From Polyangiaceae bacterium (lineage in GTDB: Bacteria; Myxococcota_A; Polyangia; Polyangiales; Polyangiaceae), in the NCBI GenBank assembly GCA_965222375.1, contig CBDCTZ010000014.1:384001-448000 (forward strand): 64,000 nt of DNA. Reading direction: 5' to 3'. The notes under the pieces were generated by a model, which was not told the DNA's origin, did not search any database, and saw only the letters and a program-made list of their open reading frames with translations. Below, in pieces: positions 58,829 through 64,000 of this stretch (its first letter is position 1; the number at the start of each line of letters is the position of its first letter). The translations under genes and the position numbers were made by a program.

Positions 58829-58856
58829 ATGGTAATCACCCAATAGCGAGTGTCAA
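58829..58856 (-). promoter_or_regulatory. Sigma70-type promoter implying a leaderless transcript
   Basis: TTGACA(58856-51)-16 nt-TACCAT(58834-29)-6 nt-ATG(58822). Confidence 0.55.
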
Positions 58857-59517
58857 GCGTTTATGGTTGCCATAGAATAATGTTAAATAAAATTTAGCTT
58901 ATAAGTGGTCCTTAGCGCTCCTCCGGCGGAGGATCTCTTTCTTGCTGGTAACGATTTTTGCCGTATTGGCGTGACCAACGACGTTTTCGTAGATGTTTAA
59001 AGCCAAAGACTGGGCCGCTCGACGTCGCAGGCCCCGCGTGCCCGCGTGACTCTCACGATCGCTGTGCTTATGGTCAGTTGCCCCCCATGCTGCTAGCGCC
59101 GAGGCCCGACTTGCGGAGTTGGGACCAACCGGAAGTCCGCCGCGCGGCTGTCTGCTCGTTGCTCTCGCCCGCCGCCTTCCGTGAACTCGGGCGCTCTGAC
59201 AACAAGGGCCTCGGGTCGCGTGGACTGCAATGAGTGCCTATCATCGGTCCGAGCCGGTCGACGAAGGCTTCTATTCTGAGGCCTTCACTGCAAGCACGAA
59301 GAAACTGACAGCGCCGTTGCACATCAGGAGACCACGGGAAATCCTCGACACTGCTTATGACGCCTCCTCAAGTCGTTGGCGTGTCGATGCTCGTGCTTGG
59401 TTTCGGGTTCCCCCAAGAAGAGACCCCCGCACGGACGAGTAACGCGCCGGAGCATGGCCGGAGTTCAGCGCGCCCGAGCGCGCGCACCTCAACGTGTTGA
59501 CAACTGAGACGCAGTGA

Positions 59518-59955
59518 CTACTGACGTTGGCGCCCTAGGATTGAAGCAACACGACCGTACTCAGCGCTCTCGATCTGCTCGAGAGAGTGCTGGACATCCT
59601 CCAACGCTCCCAACTTGCTTGTCCAGTTGCCGTCTGCAAGCTGGCGAGTGGCGTGCATCGGCGTTCCATCGATTGCGAGAATGGCGACCTTTTCGCTGCC
59701 TCGTTCTAGAGCTGCTGTCGCGCCCGACGTGTACCCAAGGGTCGCATACGCCGATTCGTAGGCGAGTATCGTGGGCTCGCGTGCGACGCCGGGTGGCCAA
59801 TATGTCACCGGGTGCCATAGATGCTGCCACCAGCGGCAGGTATCGCCAGCGGCCCATGCGAAGCAATTGTAGTGGCGTGTTGGTGGGCTCGTTATGACGC
59901 ACTGCCCGATTACCCAGCCGTCGAAGGTTTTTACCTTCCCATCGCTCATCACCAC
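59518..59955 (-). CDS. Papain-like Cys/His protein (resembles the family I recall as DUF7689)
   Basis: TSP...YNCFAWAAG...WW....YWP...EKVAI......H..RQ...G.WTSKLG...H......YG; start 59955 or 59949. Confidence 0.75.
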   Translation of the reverse strand: MVMSDGKVKTFDGWVIGQCVITSPPTRHYNCFAWAAGDTCRWWQHLWHPVTYWPPGVAREPTILAYESAYATLGYTSGATAALERGSEKVAILAIDGTPMHATRQLADGNWTSKLGALEDVQHSLEQIESAEYGRVASILGRQRQ

Positions 59956-59959
59956 CCGC

Positions 59960-60424
59960 TTAGACCGGGTATCCCCGATCGCGTCCCCACGCGAGCCAGG
60001 CGTCGGCTATCGCAGTGATATCCCCGGCAGCTTCCTCCGGCACCGGATTTTCTCCTGTGATAGCCTCCAACGCCCAACCCCAGTGGTCCGGTTCTTTTGC
60101 CAGATCCTCTAGGATTAGAGGGATGACCGAACTGCCCAAGCCGATGATCTGCTGGTATTCAGATAGCATCGTCATGTCCTCAAGGAACGAAGACCCAGAC
60201 GACCCATGCGCTTTCCATCGTTCGACGAGCCTCTGAAATCTTGTTTCCACGTCGTTCCCGACTCGCAGTGGGCCAGCCGTGGTAACTGTCACCGCGTTGT
60301 TGTCCGTTATCATGGGTTCGACGGTCGCACACACCGTAGCGATAGCGGCCGCTCCCGCCGTAAACCTGATTGACTTCTCGACGTGCGATTGCGTCGCGTC
60401 GACGACAAGGCTGAAGCTATCCAC
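59960..60424 (-). CDS. Hypothetical alpha-helical, Trp-rich partner protein
   Basis: F..L...W......YQQIIGLG..VIPLIL..L...PDHW.WAL.AITGENPV.....G.....AWL.WG..RGY; TAGTG overlap with the upstream ORF. Confidence 0.75.
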   Translation of the reverse strand: MDSFSLVVDATQSHVEKSIRFTAGAAAIATVCATVEPMITDNNAVTVTTAGPLRVGNDVETRFQRLVERWKAHGSSGSSFLEDMTMLSEYQQIIGLGSSVIPLILEDLAKEPDHWGWALEAITGENPVPEEAAGDITAIADAWLAWGRDRGYPV

Positions 60425-60636
60425 TATTCCTTCTCCCTCGTGTCGACAGCAACGTTAGCGCGAACATCAAATGCCGGGACACCTGTGGGGGTTTTCTTCT
60501 CCGACGTGCGAACCTCAAATACGGCGAGTACTACAGAGAGTTCCCACTTCTTGCCGTCTTTCGTTTGCACTTCGATGACGGTGGGCTCGCCAGCCCGCAT
60601 CTTGAACGGAAGCTTCTGAGACATGCCCTCAAGCAT
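60424..60636 (-). CDS. Small beta-rich hypothetical protein
   Basis: About 66-70 aa, EPTVIEVQTKDGKKWELSVVLAVFEV...; stop overlaps the next start; start 60636 or 60624. Confidence 0.55.
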   Translation of the reverse strand: MLEGMSQKLPFKMRAGEPTVIEVQTKDGKKWELSVVLAVFEVRTSEKKTPTGVPAFDVRANVAVDTREKE

Positions 60637-60720
60637 CGTGCGCCTGGTCACCGATCGCAAGTTGCTCGTCGGGAGCCACGTCTGCCACGATTCGGCGAGG
60701 AAGACCCGGGTCAAGAGGAA

Positions 60721-60995
60721 GGCGAGCGGAGGGCGCCCGGACAGGCGTTCAGGCCTTTCGCTCGCTGCCCCGAGGTGTCGAACGGAGGGTCAAGCCGTGA
60801 ACACTCGCGCGAGGTGCTCCTCGGTATTCGCGCACGGATACGCCTGCAGGCGCCGCTGGCTTCGGTGAATCCGGGGTTTCGACAACGGGGAGTGCATCTG
60901 TTGGTCGACACCGCGCGCCGGGCGCGACCTTGCCGGGATGCGGGCGGGAGCTCCACCGAGGTTTCGACGGGAACCAGGGCAGCTCTGTTGAAACC
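60721..60995 (+). other. Chain of about five hairpins, candidate structured RNA or ssDNA element
   Basis: Stems 60721-34/60753-66, 60772-60806, ~60808-32, 60876-60911 and 60960-60995; non-canonical pairs are mostly G-U on the plus strand. Confidence 0.35.
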
Positions 60996-61053
60996 AAACA
61001 ACCGGAGGCGATCGCTGTTGGGGATGGACGCTGCGGGCCACGGTTAGGCGGCG

Positions 61054-62274
61054 CTACGGAGCGTACTTGGGGATCAGCGCGCTCACCGCATTGTCAACGG
61101 CTGCCGGCCCGGCGCTTCCGGCTTGGTTGGTCGCGGCGAAGAAGGCTCGGTCGATTTTGGGGGCGACCCAGGTCGTGGCGTAGAACAGGGTGTTGGAGCC
61201 GTCGTGGGTCAGCACCGTGCCGCCGGCCCAGGAACGATCCGCGACGCCCCAGCCCATGGCGTAGTCGCCACCCGGGGGCGGGGCGTGCATCTTGGTGAAG
61301 GCCGCGGCCGGCAGCAGCGTGCTCTTGCCCTGTGGACCCTTGGCGTGCTCGGCGAGGAAGCGGGCCCAACTCTGCATGGAGCAGTGCACCGTGCCGGCGG
61401 GGCCGACGGCGGCCGGATTATCCGCGCCCTGGCTGTCTGGAGCGACCGGGGTGAGGGTTCCGCTTTGGTCTTTGTGGCCCCAGGGCTGATCCGTCTTGCC
61501 CGCGGACGCCGGGGGGCCGAAGCCGCAGTCGTTCATGCTCAGGGGTTGGAACAGTCGAGTTTGCATGAGCTGTTCCCAACTCTGACCTGTGGCGGCTTCG
61601 AGGGCGGCGCCTACGACCATGTAGCCTGCGTTCGAGTAGTCGAAGCTACCGATGCTGCCTGCGGGCGGTGGCGCCAGGATTTGCTCCACGAACCAGGTGC
61701 GCTGCTCGGGAAGCGGGCGCTTGTCGGTCCAAAGGGGACCCCAGATCGCCGGGGGCACGACATTGGGCAAGCCGCCGCGATGCTGCAGCAGTTGTTCCAG
61801 GGTGACGGATGCGTAGGCTGGGTCGAATTTGGATGCCAGGCTGGGAAAGGCGTCCGGGAGGGTTTGGGTCCAGCTGATGGTCTTGTCCTCGACCAGCACA
61901 GCCATGAGCGTTGCGGTCATGGCTTTGGTCTCGGAGCCGAGGTGCCAGCGGTCGTCTTGAGTGGCGAGGGTGGGATCGCCGAGTTTGCGCACGCCGGTGG
62001 TGCCGAGGGCGAGCAGATCGTTGCCACTCACGACGCCCCCGGTCAGGCCGGGAAGAGCGTGCGAGGCGCGGATGGGTTCGAGCAGGCTGCTCACATCGTC
62101 GGGCCCCACCGCGGCATCCGAGGGCGCGTCGCTGGCGGCGTCGGTGGTCGTTTGGGTGTCTGCGCCTGCGTCCGAGGCGGGTGCATTGCCCGGCGAGCTG
62201 TCGCTCGAGCAGCCCAGCGCAGACATGGCTGCGAACAGTGATGCGAAAAGGGGGGCGCAGCGCTTCACCATCAT
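61054..62274 (-). CDS. Serine hydrolase, class C beta-lactamase-like family, lipoprotein
   Basis: LGC lipobox; GSETK (SxxK), LLQHRGG, YSN, HDG; start reassigned to ATG 62274. Confidence 0.9.
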   Translation of the reverse strand: MMVKRCAPLFASLFAAMSALGCSSDSSPGNAPASDAGADTQTTTDAASDAPSDAAVGPDDVSSLLEPIRASHALPGLTGGVVSGNDLLALGTTGVRKLGDPTLATQDDRWHLGSETKAMTATLMAVLVEDKTISWTQTLPDAFPSLASKFDPAYASVTLEQLLQHRGGLPNVVPPAIWGPLWTDKRPLPEQRTWFVEQILAPPPAGSIGSFDYSNAGYMVVGAALEAATGQSWEQLMQTRLFQPLSMNDCGFGPPASAGKTDQPWGHKDQSGTLTPVAPDSQGADNPAAVGPAGTVHCSMQSWARFLAEHAKGPQGKSTLLPAAAFTKMHAPPPGGDYAMGWGVADRSWAGGTVLTHDGSNTLFYATTWVAPKIDRAFFAATNQAGSAGPAAVDNAVSALIPKYAP

Positions 62275-62284
62275 GGGGCCACCG

Positions 62285-63484
62285 TCACTTCGACTTGATG
62301 GGCAGCAGCAGCGCTTCTTGGGCACCCGGCGGCACGGCTTCGTCGTCGTCCAGCAGGCGCAGACTGAGCTCCTTGCCGCTGCCTTCGGCAACGGCAACGC
62401 GTCGGGCGCGCATGGCTTCGAGGGGCAGGTTGGGGCTGCCGAGGGTGCCCGGAGCCAGGGTGCCGGGAGCGCTCGATACTGCGGATGCTGACGGTGCTGC
62501 TGTACTCACCGCCGCCTTGTTGCTCGCTACTTTGTCCGTGGGCTGCTCTTCGGGCAGAATCGGCACGCGACGTTCGACGGTTCGCTCGAAGTCCGTGGCG
62601 GGGCGCGGCGATAGCAGTGACGCAGGCGTTGGGGCGAGGGAAGAGGCCTGGGCCGGGCGCGCTTCGAAGGGCTTGGGTGGGCTGGGCGGTTTTGGAGCAG
62701 CGGCTGGAACAGGGGCTGCGGGCGCTTGCGCCGGCTCGGGGGGGGCCAGGGTGGGCTCGTGGGTCGGCTCCTCCTCGACTCCCGGCGCCGGCTCTTGGGT
62801 TGGCTCCGGGGCACCCGGGGAGAACCCTCGCATGTCCATGAGTTGAGTGCGGTCCTGTCGCTTCGGCACGCCGGCATTGACCACAGTGGATTCGTAGTCC
62901 TGGCTGGGAGCCGGGGGCAACGGGCGGCTCTTTCTGTCCTGGGGCTGGTGTGGCGGTGGCTCCGGGGTCGGTGGATCCAGCGCGGGTCCGACGCCGGCGC
63001 TGGTGGCGCTAGCCGACTTGGTGTCGGGGCCGACGCCGGCCTGGGTGGCGCTGCCGCCGCTTGGCACCGAGGCCTCCAAAAGCCCGGAAGTAGGCGCTTG
63101 CAGGTAGGTGATGTCGTCTGGCGCGAGCTTGTAGGGCGCGGTCCGGCTCAGCTTGGGTTTGGGCTTTGGCTCCTGCGTCTGGGATGGATCTTCGGCTGCG
63201 GCCTGGGTGGTGGAGGCGGGGGAGGAGTCGTCGACATCGGTGACCCGAGGGCGCCGCGGCAGTGGCAGATGCTCCAGCTCCTGTGCTGCCCGATCCAGAT
63301 CGTCTGCGCGCTGATGGCTGCCTTCGGCCGTTGCCGCCTGGATCGCATGGTGCACCCACTGCAGAGCTTGCTGTCGCTCGCCGCGAGACCACATTGCCGA
63401 GGCGGTCTCGCAGGCCCAACGCACGTCCGGTGAATCCTCCGGCGCCGGCGTGATGATCTGGACGACCCACTCCGCTTCGCTCAT
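62285..63484 (-). CDS. Hypothetical Pro/Ala-rich protein with conserved-looking N- and C-terminal modules
   Basis: N-terminal helical EDSPDVRWACETA..MW.RG...AL.W, long disordered linker, C-terminal RVAV...L.....VPPG..EALL.P; start reassigned to ATG 63484. Confidence 0.7.
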   Translation of the reverse strand: MSEAEWVVQIITPAPEDSPDVRWACETASAMWSRGERQQALQWVHHAIQAATAEGSHQRADDLDRAAQELEHLPLPRRPRVTDVDDSSPASTTQAAAEDPSQTQEPKPKPKLSRTAPYKLAPDDITYLQAPTSGLLEASVPSGGSATQAGVGPDTKSASATSAGVGPALDPPTPEPPPHQPQDRKSRPLPPAPSQDYESTVVNAGVPKRQDRTQLMDMRGFSPGAPEPTQEPAPGVEEEPTHEPTLAPPEPAQAPAAPVPAAAPKPPSPPKPFEARPAQASSLAPTPASLLSPRPATDFERTVERRVPILPEEQPTDKVASNKAAVSTAAPSASAVSSAPGTLAPGTLGSPNLPLEAMRARRVAVAEGSGKELSLRLLDDDEAVPPGAQEALLLPIKSK

Positions 63485-63500
63485 TTCGGCAGGCACGGTA

Positions 63501-64000
63501 TCACGCCCGCTCGAATAGCGTCGCGATGCCCTGGCCCACGCCGATGCACAGGGAACAAAGGCCGATCTTGGCAGCCTCATTTTGCGCCATGGCGCTGAGC
63601 AGCGTCGCCACGATACGCGCGCCGGATGCGCCAATCGGGTGACCGAGGGCGATGGCGCCACCCAGCTGGTTGACGCGTTCCGGATCTAGGTCCAAGCCGC
63701 GCACGCACGCCAGACTCTGAGCGGCAAAGGCTTCATTCAGCTCGATGACGTCGATGTTGGGCGACCGCAGATCAGCGCGTTTGAGAGCCTTCTTGGTCGC
63801 TGGGATGGGCCCCTCGCCCATGTAGTTTGGGTCCACGCCCGCCGTTGCCGAGGTGATCCAGCGCAGCTGGGGCGTCAACGACAGCTCTTTGACCGCGGAT
63901 TCGCTCGCCAGCAGCACGGCGGCGGAGCCGTCGTTGATGGGGCTCGAATTGCCCGCCGTGACGCTGCCCCCTTCTCGGAATACGGCCTTCAGTTTGGCGA
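63501..64000 (-). CDS. Thiolase (acetyl-CoA C-acyltransferase), C-terminal part (5' truncated by window edge)
   Basis: ELNEAFAAQ, GGAIALGHPIGASG, CIGVGQG. Confidence 0.95.
   Translation of the reverse strand, partial: AKLKAVFREGGSVTAGNSSPINDGSAAVLLASESAVKELSLTPQLRWITSATAGVDPNYMGEGPIPATKKALKRADLRSPNIDVIELNEAFAAQSLACVRGLDLDPERVNQLGGAIALGHPIGASGARIVATLLSAMAQNEAAKIGLCSLCIGVGQGIATLFERA

Noticed and set aside
58865..58890. dif/Xer site (GGTTGCCATAG and TAATGTTAAAT resemble XerC and XerD arms)
   Set aside because: The arms are 2 bp apart instead of 6; more simply an AT-rich promoter-upstream region
58958..59442. Short plus-strand ORFs of 91 and 70 aa in the islet
   Set aside because: No recognisable motif or RBS; possibly pseudogene debris, but not supportable without a search
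60876..60994. CRISPR mini-array (GTTTC...GTTGAAAC resembles repeat ends)
   Set aside because: Only two divergent units with different lengths and no cas genes in the window; treated as hairpins instead
60990..61050. attC-like site after the serine hydrolase stop (GCCTAAC on the minus strand)
   Set aside because: No matching GTTRRRY at a suitable distance and no L-box symmetry
62985..63052. 42-bp-period repeat encoding SAT(Q/S)AGVGP x2
   Set aside because: Ordinary duplication inside a low-complexity linker

Overview
High-GC chromosomal segment, most likely from a myxobacterium (Polyangia/Sorangiineae-like). This is inferred from gene content: Glt/Nfs-like TPR cluster, three tandem bactofilins, TSP3-OmpA proteins, an FHA-sigma54 activator and eukaryote-like Ser/Thr kinases. 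Housekeeping genes include the 3' end of atpG, glmS, gor, pyrE, aroF, trxA, purB, rnj and a partial thiolase. Main points of interest: (i) a reduced Glt/Nfs-paralogue envelope cluster at 12.4-21 kb. (ii) A signalling block at about 28.3-42.4 kb with a LysM-FecR-beta-barrel fusion, Ser/Thr kinase, FHA-sigma54 activator, TraB-like OmpA, HAMP adenylate cyclase and kinase-ATPase; it includes two back-to-back sigma54-type promoters around tandem direct repeats. (iii) A FixL-like kinase relic with in-frame internal deletions. (iv) A ~3.1 kb accessory islet at 57.9-61.05 kb with a 27-bp palindrome, a probably leaderless wHTH gene, a small ORF with a strong RBS, a coupled three-gene operon ending in a Cys/His papain-like protein, and a chain of strand-specific hairpins that may be a structured RNA. 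No rRNA, tRNA, CRISPR array, integrase or transposase was recognised. All calls come from reading motifs by eye, and several starts were adjusted from the ORF track.
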